DNA from: Prorocentrum cordatum
Lineage: Eukaryota
Direction of reading: 5' to 3'
Length of the DNA: 64,000 nucleotides
Assembly: GCA_963575745.1 (NCBI GenBank)
Contig: CAUYUJ010000001.1
Span: 1,302,001-1,366,000 of the forward strand
Numbering within the stretch: the stretch's first letter is position 1; each line of letters begins with the position of its first letter. A program made the translations under genes and the position numbers. Shown in pieces: positions 10,214 to 22,270 of this stretch. The notes beneath the pieces are model-generated. The model saw nothing but the letters and a program-made list of their open reading frames with translations, was not told the DNA's origin and did no database searches.

Positions 10214-11639
10214 ATTACTTCTGGGATGTGGTCCTTGAGTACGATGGGAACAACATAACATGAGCGGGCCCGCGTATGTCCGTATATCCACGGCCCCATG
10301 TGGTCCCCGGGGACCTCGGCTCCCAAGGCGGTGGGCATGGATAAGTCCGAGGCCTGAGAGCCGATCCCGCCCAAAACTGTGCGGTTTCGCTACCGGGGGC
10401 TGTTCGCTGATCTATCGGCGATGTATCGCCGATCCCGGGTCGGTGTGGCCCCCCGGAGCCGACCCCCCCCCCCTGACGCTGCTCCTCAGTAGCTCGGCAG
10501 GAATAGGGAAGAGCCAAAGGTTTGGCCCCATGTACTGATGTTTCTCGAGAGGGGGAAAGTGCCCAGATCTCCCACGACCTGATTTTTTCAATCGGGGTGC
10601 GTTTCTTAGAGATCGGCCTCTGGGGCTCGCTGTTAGGCCCTAGGACCATCAAAAGTTTATCTGGGGCGACAAATTGGCCTGGGGGAAGGGATCGGGACCT
10701 CCGGGGCCGGTGAATTGAAAATAAAAAACAGATCGTCGGATGCCTGCGTGATACCAATGACACGCCGCCTTTGGGAGCCCGTCAGGCCGTCGGTATCAGT
10801 CAGTGAAGCGCCGCCGTTGGTATCAATGGCACGCCGACGCATCGGTGTTTTGTCCAAAGGACTGGTGTCCCGTCAGCATCCGCACGCTGGTGGCTTCCTG
10901 GTGCTGCGTTTGCTCCCCCAGCCTCTGGGAAGAAGGAACAAGCATGGGGGAAGAAGCCAAGAGCGGAAGAGAGGTGGCGAGGAAGGAGGGCCAAGGGGAA
11001 CACGAAGCTTCTTCCTGAGCCACGAGTGCGGGCGGTAGGGAGGGAGGCGAGCGGTGCCGAGCGAGCCAGAGCCATAGTTTCAAGGAGGTCGCGGCGGCGG
11101 ACGGCGTGAGCAAGTGCCAGCCCCTGTCGGGGACGCCGGACGTGCCCTTTAGGGGCCTCGGGTGCGTCGCCCCGTGCGGCATTGTGGGCCAACGGGGTGG
11201 CGTTGCAGTAGATATTTCGCTCATCTTCGTGATCATTGTTGGAAGCCATCCTTACGCTGAACGCTGATCGTCGATGCCATCCTTCAACCTTCAAGGGAGC
11301 CCCCCCCACATCCGCCTCCCTCCTCACCCTCCCCACCCTTCCCTCTCCTCCCCCTCCTCCTGCTTCTCCTCGAACTCCTCCTGCCCACCACCTCCCCCCT
11401 CACCATCCCCCCCCTTTCCCCTCCTCGCCCCTGCTCCTCCTGCCGACCCTACTCCTCCCATTGCTCCTGCTCGTCCTCCCCCCGTCCTCCCGACCCTCCT
11501 CGTGCCCGCAGGGGCGGCGTGGAGGAGGCGGGGGGGGCGGGCGAAGAGGGATCATAATTGTTTTTTTCTCGGGACACCCCCCGCGCAGGAACAGAAACAA
11601 GAACAATGGAACACCCACCCACCACACACACACACACCA

Positions 11640-11812
11640 CCACCATCAGCATCATAATCATCAGCAGCAGCATCAGCATCATCATCATCATCATCAGCAT
11701 CATCACCATCACCATCATCACCATCATCATCACCACCACCATCGTTATCGATACCACCAACACCACCACCATCATCATCCTCATCATCATCATCATCACA
11801 ATCACCATGATC
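11640..11812 (+). repeat. (CAT/CAG/CAC)n microsatellite
   Basis: Direct reading of the sequence. Confidence 0.9.
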
Positions 11813-12233
11813 ATGGGCGGCGAGGGTCCCGCCTGGTTCGGGAGCCTGCTGAAGGCGGACGCGGCCGCGGAGGGCGGCGCCGAAGGCAAAAAGCGCGAAC
11901 CACTCTGCGGTGCCGGTCGGGTCGCCGCAGGACCCGCAGAAGGAGGCCAAGGCGCTCTGGCAGGACAAGATCAAGGGCGGCACACAGGCGGCCTTGTCCA
12001 TGCACGTGCGCTACTTCCGCGTCATCAGGCCGCGGGGCACGAAGAGCAAGAAGATGCAGGACAAGGTAAAGTTAATCTTCGCGTTCTCGGCGAGCTCGGA
12101 GATCGGCCGGATGCTCGAGACGTGGATCCTGGACGAGATGAAGGCGGCGGGAGCCGAAGTGGCCATCGGCGCGGCGCCCCGCAGCGAGCTAGAACGGGAG
12201 GCAGCCCGCTTGATCACGCGCCTCCAGAAATGA
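11813..12233 (+). pseudogene. Coding-like fragment (hypothetical basic protein, possibly the ORF1 C-terminus of a retroelement), apparent frameshift near 11880-11910
   Basis: Non-repetitive peptide with GC3-rich codons: ...KEAKALWQDKIKGG..VRYFRVIRPRGTKSKKMQDKVKLIFAFS..EMKAAGAEVAIGAAPRSELEREAARLITRLQK*. Confidence 0.5.
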
Positions 12234-12427
12234 GGAACTCGACGCGGCTGCGGGCTTTGCTGGAGGAGGGGCATCCCATCCCGGCACATGTCCTGAGACG
12301 CCGGGAGTCTGACTACTGGGCCGTCCCACGCGCTGAGCCCAAGGCGCCGTCACGCAGAAGACAGCAGTATCTAGAACCTTCGGCCATCGCGAAGGGCCGA
12401 GGCCGAGGTAGGGCAGGCCGCTCTTGA
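12230..12427 (+). CDS. 65-aa basic ORF whose ATG overlaps the upstream stop codon (ATGA)
   Basis: ATG at 12230-12232 overlaps TGA at 12231-12233. Peptide: MRNSTRLRALLEEGHPIPAHVLRRRESDYW...KGRGRGRAGRS*. Confidence 0.3.
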   Translation: MRNSTRLRALLEEGHPIPAHVLRRRESDYWAVPRAEPKAPSRRRQQYLEPSAIAKGRGRGRAGRS

Positions 12428-12920
12428 TATTTTGTTTTTCTTATCCCTCCTCCTTCTCTTTCTCCGCTCGGTGTAAATGTTTGTCCCGAGCGTGTCCTCA
12501 TAAGCACCGGGCAAATGTAGTGGTCACAGAGGCCCTGCTCTGAAAACGAGGTGGGGCCGCCCCGTCTCGGAGTCCCTTATATCATTTTATCGGCGCTGGC
12601 TCGTCGCAGGCCGGCGTTGGTGCATTCTGTCGGCACCAAATGCGGGGGCCGGTGATCATTGATTGATTTCTCTTGGGGGCGTTCACCCCTCATCTTCCTC
12701 TCCGCCTCTTCGGACCTATTTTTTTGGAGGGCACGTGAGTGCCAAAGGAGCCCCCGACTGGGGTGTTCCCCCAAGGGGCGCTTTAGGCCCGAGCGCGTGG
12801 TTCACGCCAGCGGCCGCTCAAGTGACAGAGTTCGGTAGGGCTACTGTAACCCGCGCAGGCGGTGGCATGTGCTGTGCTGCAGCATTCAGGCATCGCCCCA
12901 GCGCGATCGCATTCGCATTC
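12428..12920 (+). other. Hairpin-dense 3'-UTR-like segment ending in (GCATTC)2 followed by (CAT)n
   Basis: Stems CGCTCGG/CCGAGCG (12465-12492), TTGGTGC/GCACCAA (12617-12639), GGCAC-GTGA-GTGCC (12730-12743) and CCCC-GACT-GGGG (12752-12763), among others. Confidence 0.4.
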
Positions 12921-12983
12921 GCATCATCATCCACACCCATCCATCCGTCCACCCATCACCATCAGCATCAGCATATTCACCTG

Positions 12984-13024
<41 letters not shown>

Positions 13025-13037
13025 GCATCATCATCAC
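12921..13037 (+). repeat. (CAT)n microsatellite
   Basis: Direct reading of the sequence. Confidence 0.9.
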
Positions 13038-13089
13038 CGCAAGCACTCTCAGATACGCACACACATACACACACACGCACACTTCTCTT

Positions 13090-14385
13090 GAGGTAGTCTC
13101 TAGCAGGAGCTTCGTCTGTGAGTGAGTCGCGAGCAAGCGGGAGCCCGCCCCCCTTATGGGGTCCCCACCTCTATGTTGGAACCCGAACGGGTCGTCCAGA
13201 TCTTGTAACCGTCGTCACTTTTGGATTCTTCAGGCCTGAATATGGAAGCTTTGTCTGTGAGTGAATCGCGAGGAAGTCTCGATCGGGAGTCCTGCCAGAT
13301 GGGGTCTCCTCAATTTTAGGGCTCCTCGGGCTTGAATGCGAAGGAGGTCTCAAGCGGGAGCCCCTCCCGATGGGGTCTTCATCCCCATGTTGGAATCCGA
13401 AGCGGTCGTACGGATCATGTGACCGTCATCATCGGTTGGCTCTTCAGGCCTGCACCTGGAGGAAGTCTCGAGCGGAAATTCTGTTTGTGAGTGAATCACG
13501 AGGACGTCTCGAGCGGGATCCCCTCCCGATGCGGTCCCCACTTCCATATGGGAATCCTAACGGGGCCATCCAGATCTTGTAGCCGTGGTCACGTTTGGGC
13601 TCGTCAGGCTTGAAGATGGAGGAAGTCTCGAGCGGGAGCTTCGAGTGTGAGTGAATCGCAGGGGTGTCTCGAGCAGGAAGGCCCCCGTCTAGAGGGTCCC
13701 CACTTCCATTTTGGAATCCGAACGGGCCGTCCAGATCCTGCAATTCTTTGCCATTACCATTGGACTCTTCTGGCTTGACTTTGAAGGACGTCTCGTACGG
13801 TAGTTTCGTCCGTGGGTGAATCGCGAGGGAGTTTCGTTTGTGAGTGAATCGCGAGGAAGTCCCGAGCGGGAGCCCATCCCTATCGGGTCCCCACCTTCAC
13901 TTTGGAATCCGAACGGGTCGTCCAAATCCTGTAACCGTCGTCGCGTTTGGCTGTTGGATTCCTCAGGCCTGAATCTTAAGGCAGTCCTGTGCGAGAGTCG
14001 CGAGGAAATCCCGAGTGCCCTATGGGGTCGCCACCTGCATGTTGGAATACGAACGAGTCATCCAGATCTTGTAACCGTGGTCATTTTGGGGCTCCTCGGG
14101 TTTGACTATGGAGGATATGGAGGAGGTCTCCAGCGGGAGCTTCGTCTGAGTGAATCGGCGAAGAAATCTTGAGCGGGAGCCCCTCCCGATGGGGTCCCCA
14201 CTTCCATGTTGGAGTCCGAACGGGGCCATCCAGGTCTTGTAACCGTCGTCGTGTTTGAATTCCTCAAGCTCAGATCTGGTGGAAGTCTCGAGCGGGAGTT
14301 TCGTTTGTGAGTGAATCGCGAGGAGTTCTCGAACGGGAGCCCCTGTCTAGGGCGTCCCCAAGTCCGGGTATCCGAACGGACTCGC
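13090..14385. repeat. ~160-bp diverged tandem satellite, ~8 units
   Basis: GTGAGTGAATCGCG-like anchors at ~13118, 13257, 13487, 13647, 13840, 13990, 14147 and 14307. Each unit carries GAGGAAGTCTCGAGCGGGAG twice plus GGAATCCGAACGG..CCAGATCTTGTAACCG. Confidence 0.85.
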
Positions 14386-15339
14386 GATCTGGCTGCCGAC
14401 GGACGCGCGAGCGACGGTTGAGGCGGAGCCAGCCTGGTTTAGAATCGACATTTGTGTCCATGCAAGGGGACTGGACGAGATGGCGGAAGGGGGAGAGGCA
14501 GGAGCATGAAGAGGAGGCAAGGCAGAAGGGGGGAGGAGGGCCTCCGCCCGGCCGACAAGGAGAAGGATGGATAGGAGACAGGAAGAAATCCTCCGCAATC
14601 ATAAGGACGGCGATAAGGATTACTTCCAGACTAGCCGAGAAGATTATGATACAGGGCCCCATTCCTGGAGCGATTCCCGGTGAACTGGACCCTTTCCCGG
14701 TACTTTCGTTTCTTGCCCGGTGAATTTTGTAAGATTCGATATGCAATATTACGGGCGCTCTTCAAGAGGCTCTTTCCAGGCGTTCCTCAATATTTCCTCC
14801 ATGGGATGCATAAGGAATTCTAAGGTCTCAGGGGTCACTGAAGGATTCGCGCGGGTTCCGAAAGGTCCGTGCGGATTTTTGAGGGCCTCGCACAGATTCC
14901 TGAAGGATTCATGAAGGTTTCCTGAACGATTGTGGGAGGATCCCCTAGGGATTCTGGCGGGATTTCTGAGGATCCCTGAAGTTTGCTGAGGGACTCTTGA
15001 TGATTACGGAAAGATGGTTTGGGGATCCGTTAAGTATTTTCAAGGGTCTGAAGATTAAGGCACATATACATACGTATGATCGACGCGTCGCGTATCCCTC
15101 CAGTCCATCCAGCCCGATGTGGCCCAGAATTGCTGAATTTAAGTTTGGGAGCGGATGCTTTGTACCATGAGTTTGGGATAAAGAATTCAGGGCCAGAAGT
15201 TGTGGGGCACATCTACATGTGATGTCCCGCGTATTCCCACCAGCTCATCCAGCAACGAAATGGATCAGGACTTAATGGCCAAATGCGTTGGAACACAAGG
15301 TTTGGGCCCTGAGTTGTGGATTATAACTCTAGGGGTCCA

Positions 15340-16314
15340 ATGAGTGGGGACCTACATGTTGCATCATTGTGTATATGTATACGCATTCGGACATCTTACA
15401 CGCGTACGCATACATCCACGCTTCGCTCTGCATACATGAGTCATAATGCATGCATGCAGACGTGTACATGCAAAATTGAGGCTTGTATTACAAATCAGTT
15501 TAAGCATTACACAATTGTGTATACACAAGGATGTACACCTACACGTAAGCAAAAAAATGTATGGAACGAACACTTTATCGGCGCGGTTATGTGTTTACCC
15601 GGCCAGCTTATGGTGGTGCGTCTGTAGTTGACCTTTTCTTATCCGTTTGTGAAGTAATGCCTTACGTGGATTAGACGTCAGGCGCGGTATGTCCGCGTGC
15701 ACAGGTGCATGTGTGTACACATATACGAATGTGCGAATGTGTTGTCAAAATAAGGAACGAGAGGAAGCAAGACGACGTTTCGCAGTACGCATACATATAT
15801 ATATACATATATACATATGCACGCCATTGTGATATATCCAGTGACGCAAATATACATACATGTAACCAATGCGCGTGTGCAAACATGTGTGCGTTTTCGA
15901 TTGGCATATTGGAATCAAACATATACACGTATGGAAAATATAGGCATCAGTGTAAAGCGTGCTCTTGTATATATTCGTATATACATGCGTACATACATGA
16001 ACATATTTATAGATGTGCGATGTTGCAAAGTTTGCTTGTGAGCACACAAGTGCATATCATGGCTGTCGGCATAAATGCGCCTGTGCGCCCCAGATCGGCA
16101 TGAACATATGTACGTACACATATATACACACACATATGAACACAATCGTTGATGTACATACCAGCGAACTTGCTGATGCACATACATATGTGCGTATGTA
16201 TATACAGCGTGTGATTTACCCTACATGTGCATTGTGTATTTGTGTATGTGTATATATATATATATGTATATATATATACATATATAAATATGTAAGTATG
16301 TGTATATATATATA

Positions 16315-16356
<42 letters not shown>
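15340..16356. repeat. Degenerate (TA/CA/TG)-rich low-complexity region ending in a long (TA)n run
   Basis: Direct reading. Near-pure TA from ~16250 to 16356. Confidence 0.85.
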
Positions 16357-16360
<4 letters not shown>

Positions 16361-16439
16361 AGTGGAAGGGGATCGGGGCCGCCAGGCCGGTACATGCGAC
16401 CCCCATGGCCGCTCCGGGGCTCCGGGAGCGGGGAGCGCT

Positions 16440-17480
16440 CCTGTCTGGGCCAACAGGCGGCCAAGACGTGCCCAGGGAGGCGCAAGTGGCCCCCAAACCG
16501 GTCCTAGACGGCACCGGGGCGCTCAAAGATCGCCCCTGGACGCTCAAGATGGTTCCCATTGAGCCCAAGAAGCCGCTACAACGCCCCAAGTTGTTTTCCA
16601 AGAGAGCCCCAAGCGGCCAAAATCATTGATTTTGCATAGGAAAACGTACATGTTTAGCATCGACGCCTTTTCGGTGTTCACGGCGTGCACGAGGGTACAA
16701 GAGGCCCCAACGACGGCCCCAAGACGGCCCAAGAGGCTCCCACCACGGCCCAAGAGGAGCCCAAGACAGCCCCGGAGGCGGCCAAGGCGTGCTCAAGAGG
16801 CGGCCAAGACGTGTCCACGGAGCCCCAAGAGGCTCCCAAATCGGTCCAAGACGGCCCCAGGACTCTCAAAGATCGCCCCTGGACACCCAAGATGGCTCCC
16901 ATAGAGCCCAAGAGGCCGCTACGACGCCCTACGAAGTTTCCCAAAGGAGCCCCAACCGGCCAAAATCATTGATTTTGAATACATTTTTAGCATCGACGAT
17001 TTGTCGGTCTTCACGGCGTGCACGACGGTACAAGAGGCCCCAAAGACGGCCCCAAGAGGCCACCAACACGGCCCGAGACAGCCCGAGGGGCGGCCAAGGC
17101 GTGGCCAGAGGTCCCCGTGAGGCTCCCAAAACGTTCCATGGCGGCCCTGGAGCGCTCAAAGCTAGTAGCCCTCGGACGCCCAAGACGGTTCTCACAGCGC
17201 CCAAGAGACCGCGAAGACGCCCCAAGAGGTCCCCAAAAGGCTGTCCGAAAGGGTCCCAAGAGGCCAAAATCTTTGATTTTGCGTTGGAAAAAACGTATAT
17301 CCTTAGCATGTACGATTTGTCGGTCTTCACAACGGTGACGATGGTACAAGAGGCCCCCAAGAGAGTCCCAAAGCGGCCCAAAAGGCTCCAAAGACGTCCC
17401 GAGAGGGGGCCAAGACACCCCAAGAGGTCCCCAATTCGAAGGCGGCTCCAAGAGGAGCCCAAGAGGAGGAGGAACGAGGA
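16440..17480. repeat. CCAAG-periodic repeat with three ~300-345-bp subunits (same family as the 933-bp unit, opposite orientation)
   Basis: GGCCAAAATC(A/T)TTGATTTT at ~16615, 16958 and 17262 is the reverse complement of AAAATCAATGATTTTGGCC at ~4140. The region begins just after the (TA)n run. Confidence 0.75.
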
Positions 17481-18149
17481 ATGAGGAAGAGGCAGGAGGA
17501 AGCAGATAATGTTGACCTCATTATCCATGACATCTGCGTTGTCTGACTGCGGTCAGCACTCGACCAGCTAGGAACCTAAGCGCGCGCGACGGTTCTAGTA
17601 CATATTTATGCGCGGCGGCACCTGATGGGGCCCCATGCTTCACAGAAACACCGCGGCGGCAGTGGCGCTGCGGCCAAACTTGTGCGGCGTCAGAATTCTG
17701 GCGAGGCAATGGGTTGCAACCTCCGCAGAGGAGAGACTGCGCACGTCAAGATATGATGGCACGCGGCCAAGAAGCAAGCGCGCGGCAAACTCTACGACGG
17801 CGATATGATGCAATGGCAGCGGGCGCCCGCCAGTCTGTGGCGCAGAAATGAGGGGCGTCTAGAGCAACGCAATAAAACCGGAGTTCTAGTGGCATGGCCG
17901 CTCCAAGTCGCTCGAGACATCTCCGATCCCCCGTTCGGGGAGGCATCGTGGACCTCGTCGTTGGAGGCGGTTCCTTTGGCGGCGGCGCCGCCGCCTTTCT
18001 CCTGCGGCGAGCGGCCGGGATCAATTGTCGGTTAAGGCCCCCAAAAAAACAGCGACTGCCCACCGCGCCCCACCCCCTCCCCCCCACCCCATCATCGGTC
18101 TGATTTCCCGTTTGCATCTCAGCGCGATCCGCGCGTCGAGTTCCCCCCC

Positions 18150-20880
18150 CTGGAGAGCGCGATCAGGTTGGCACGCTGGCAAGTCGGGGCGTCTTGGGCG
18201 CAGGCGGCGCAGATCGCCGGCGGGCTCGTCGCGCTCCAAGGATACAATTTCGCGCGCGAGGTCACTGGCAGCTGGACAATAGGATTGCCGCCGTGAAGTT
18301 GGGCGCACCCAGTGGCAGACTCACCGCTCGCTCAACATGCGCGCCTGATATCGAGGAGCCGATTGAAGAGATGGCATGTTTCTTATGACGCCTTGCACAC
18401 TCACGCCGCTCGCATTCGCGGCCACGGATCGCGCGCGATCTTCGGCGATTGGAACGCCCAGCCCCGTCGTGGACGGGCTAGGGAGGAAGACGCCATGGGC
18501 GAGCATATATTCGGAGCGGGGGTTTCAACCAAGCAAGTTGGTTTTCAAAATACGGACTTGCTCATGAGCTACTGCATATCTTTCGACCCCCTGCGGCGAA
18601 TGCGGCGGCGGGTCTCTCCGACAGTCTCACGGCAACCTTCCACGAGGCAAGCGTCGAGCAGAACTCGCCGACCACGGGGGTGACTTTTCCACGCCGTGGT
18701 CTTGCCGGCCATTCCGGGCACCACGGAGCAGGACCTCGCGGGCATCGGGAGCGATGCGCCAGCGACGTTGGCATCGGATCATGCCCCGGTTACTGCATCG
18801 ATTCTCGACGAGGCGCCCGAGCGCCAACAGAACCAGAAGACGGCGAAGAAGGATTGGCGGACATCGCTCGCGCCAGAGACCAGGGGAAATCACGCGGAAC
18901 ACGCCGGGTCCGCAACCGATAGAGGACACGCAGACGCGACCCCATCGCAACGCTGGCGCTCGGCCGCAAGGCGGGCGCGGCAAGCAGCGGCCGCAGTGGC
19001 CCCCGACGCCCCGAAGCCGCCGAACAAAACGCGGATCTCGCAGACGACGCTGTCCTTGCTCGCAGAAGAGCAGGAGGTTCGCCGCTCCGGCAGCTGTGAG
19101 GCGGAACAGGCCATCCGCAAACGCGCCAAAAACTATCGGCAGAGCGCGATTGTACTGCGTGGCTTGAGGCCCTGACAGCAGACGGCAGTCGAAATTGCAT
19201 CATATAGAATTCCACACGGAAGCCGCGCCAACAGCGGCGTCTGCGGGACACTGGGGGCACGCGCGCCACCGCGGACGAGAAACCGATGCGTTCGCTCAAA
19301 ATTTGGCATTACCCAATGGCACGTTCGCCACGTCACGCTCACGCCAGGGGCCGATAGTTCGCCGCCCCCGCCGCTGGACGTTGACGTTCACACGTTTCAC
19401 GGAACCGGATCTGCGCGACGCGATTGCGACAATGCGCCGCGCCAGGGCGCGCAAGCCAGATGACGCGCAGGCTGAGGTTTTCAGAACTCTCGCAGAGGAG
19501 CCCAGGCAAGTTGGCTGGGCGCTGGACACGTGCAGCGAGGCCTGGGGAGGCACATAGTCACGCCAGAGGATTGGGCCCTTTCTCGCACTTGTTTGCCGCG
19601 CGAGAAGGGCGATCCTGCGCGGCGCGATAACTGCCGACCACTTTCCATGCTGCGCGTTAGTATGCTGTTTTTCTTGAAGAACCGCTCGTTTGCTGCAGGC
19701 GCGCGTGGACTCATCTGGCACGCTCAGTTCGGCTTCCTGAAAGGGCGCAGCCCGGATCACGCCATCCACGTCGCACGCGCGCGGATCTGCTCGGCGCGAG
19801 CGCGCGCGCGCGGCGCGGCGACGTCGGTCGCCGCGAATTGGGAGGAGGCCTTCAATCACATTGGCACGGAGAGCACGCTGGACGCACTGCGCTTGACTGG
19901 CCCCCCGCCAGAGTTCACGAACATTGCGGCATCACCAATGACGCGCAGGAGGTTCGTCGTCAGCGACAGTGGAAGTCAATCGGCTGAGCGCCCGCAAGTA
20001 TCTGGCATATCGCGAGGCTACAATTTGAGCCCTCCGCCTTTCGTTTTCGCAATGACAGCCACACTGCGCGACGCCGCGGCGCTGCTTCCTGAAGGGGCCC
20101 GCCGGGCGCGCGACGCGGGCGAGCTGTCCGATTGCGCGCGCGCCGGCGGCGCTCGCTCACTGCGCCAGCGCGACACGCGCGAACGATTTCCCGGCAGCAG
20201 CGGCGGCCGCAAGCAAGCATTATGGCATGGAGCTGCGCTGGCGGCAGTTCCAGGTCGCAGCGGCGCAGCCAACCGGCGACATCCGCGCCCCTGGCAGCTC
20301 GCAGTTGAAGCACGTGGAGCACGAGCAACATCTCGGCGCGCAGCGCGCGGCCGACGCGAACGCGAGCCACGAGCTGGGCAGGGAAACCGGCGAATCCCGA
20401 CGGTTCTTCACGGCGCCGCGCACGGCACGGCCCCATTCATCTTTGACGTGGAATCGCGAGCTCCGCATTTGCGCTTCCACCATCGAGTCGAATTTGCCGC
20501 GCGGGCACAGCAGCGCGCGCTTCGCAAAATCGCAGCTGCGCCGTCTCGACGGCGCTCAGAACAGGTGCTCGCGACAGATCATCGGGTCAGAGCCATCGCA
20601 CATATCGCACATTCCCAACTAGGGCACCCTAGCTCGAGCTGGGCGCGAGGCTCCCAGCACGCAGTTACTTTCTCGACAACTACAGCTCCTCGGCCAGGCG
20701 CCCCGCGACGACCTGGCCCGCCCGCCCCACGCCTGCTCCTTCGCCGCAAAGGCCAGCCATGGAGAGGCGCGCGCGGCGAGCGGGCCGCCCGCGCGAAGAG
20801 TTCGCCCGCGAACGTCCAAGCACGCGGCGCGCATGTCCAGCGGCACGGCGGCGCAGACAGCTTGCCCCCCTCAAACTCCA
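18150..20880 (+). mobile_element. Highly degenerate non-LTR retrotransposon ORF2 (APE endonuclease + RT + thumb), many frameshifts
   Basis: APE motif IFGDWNAQ (~18440-18460). RT motifs EKGDPARRDNCRPLSML, QFGFLKGRS, NWEEAFN and GISRGYNLSP, with a YADD-equivalent at 20139-20150. Thumb: HLG..HSSLTWNRELRI..RRLDGAQNRCSRQIIG..ISHIPN (20227-20622). Boundaries are approximate. Confidence 0.85.
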
Positions 20881-21899
20881 GGGGCGCCGATGCCGACAGC
20901 GCGCTTTCCATTGGTGCTCCGCGCGCCCCCCCCGGCCCCGCTCGCCCCCCCTTCTTTCTCTGCCCCGTCTCTGGCTCTCGGCCCCCGCCACCCCATCTCC
21001 CACTCCGCCCCCCCCCCCCCCCCATGTCCTTGCTTGCGTTTCCTTGCCCTTGCGTCTAGCCGTCCGCCCCCTTGCTTTTCCTTGCCCCGTCTCCTCGTCT
21101 TTCCAACTGTCGGCTCTGCCTGTCCTTCCCTGGCCCCCCCCCGCCTTCTCGCCCCTCGGCGCCCCTCGCTGTCCCGCTGGCCCCCCGCTCTTTGCCCTGC
21201 CCGCGTTTCTCTGTCGGCCCGCCCCGAGGCCTGAATGAGAGCGCGCTGCATTCTCCGCTCGCGCTCACCCCCCGGCACCGCCCAGCGCGCGGTTCGTCTG
21301 CATGTCCGTTCGCTCCTCGCTCGAAACGCAGTCGATCGGGCCTTTCCCCTTGCCGCCCGCGCGGCTGGCCACACACGGCCGCGCCACGTGCGCCATCTTG
21401 CACGAGGTCCGGCGGGCCGGAATTGCGCCGACGCGCTGCGCGCGGACGACGGGCCCCCCCGCGCGCCGAATGGATCCGGGGTGGGGGGGGCGTCGCATCC
21501 ACCGCAGACGCTAGATCATGGACCGCGGAACGCTTCCGCGCACTCGCAGAGGACGCTCTGTCACCCGCCAGGCAGGCGCTGATCCACTTTACGAATACCT
21601 CTCCGTTCGCCCCCAGGAGCACGCGGTCGTCTAGCACCTTCATGTCAAGCTCGAACTTGACTGCGGATGGCCGATTCTACTTGCGCGCTTGCTTGGGCAG
21701 TGTGTATCAGTATTCGAGTGCATGGTTGAATATGCCGCCGCACTCCTGAGGCGCGAGTTGGAACGTTCCCAGGCCCGTCGAGCTCTCTGCATCAAGCATT
21801 GAAAGTGCCCGCCATGGAGGCCTGAAGAGCGGCGCCGGAGGCCCAGACCGCCCACGTCCGAAGTTCTCGCATGGGTTGATCACGACCGCCTGTCGGATC

Positions 21900-22270
21900 T
21901 TCAGAGCGTCCAAAACGGCCTATGGGGGCGCCCAAGATCGCCCAAAAACGACCCGGGCGCACCCAAGAGGAGCCCAATAGGCCCCCATAACCCATGACAG
22001 CCCCACGCAGGAGCCCAAGAGGGAAACGCGAATTTACATTATGAGCGCTTCGCCCTACGACGACCCCCAGATCCCTTCGAGGCCTTCGGGCGCCCCCAAG
22101 AAGCCCCCAGAGGTCTTCGGCGGCCTCCGGAGGCCCCCGAGACGCGCCCGGACACTCGCCAAGCCGCAGGTTCCCGAAAGGCTCCCAACAAATGCTCGCA
22201 GGCATCCAACGCTGCCTCTCACAGACAACCCAGGCACGGTAGCGGGCTGGGCCGAAGGCCGCCAGCTATA
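21900..22270 (+). mobile_element. CCAAG-periodic element fragment with a Helitron2-type 3' end
   Basis: It ends GCACGGTAGCGG-GCTG-GGCC(GAA)GGCC-GCCAGCT-AT, similar to the reverse complement of 5443-5510. Confidence 0.55.

Noticed and set aside
14390..14723. 138-aa ORF ending IQGPIPGAIPGELDPFPVLSFLAR
   Set aside because: It starts inside the satellite and has no codon bias or domain. It is more likely a non-coding dispersed repeat.
16356..16440. Possible Helitron2-type end next to the (TA)n run
   Set aside because: CCGCC is present, but I found no clean hairpin or partner inverted repeat.
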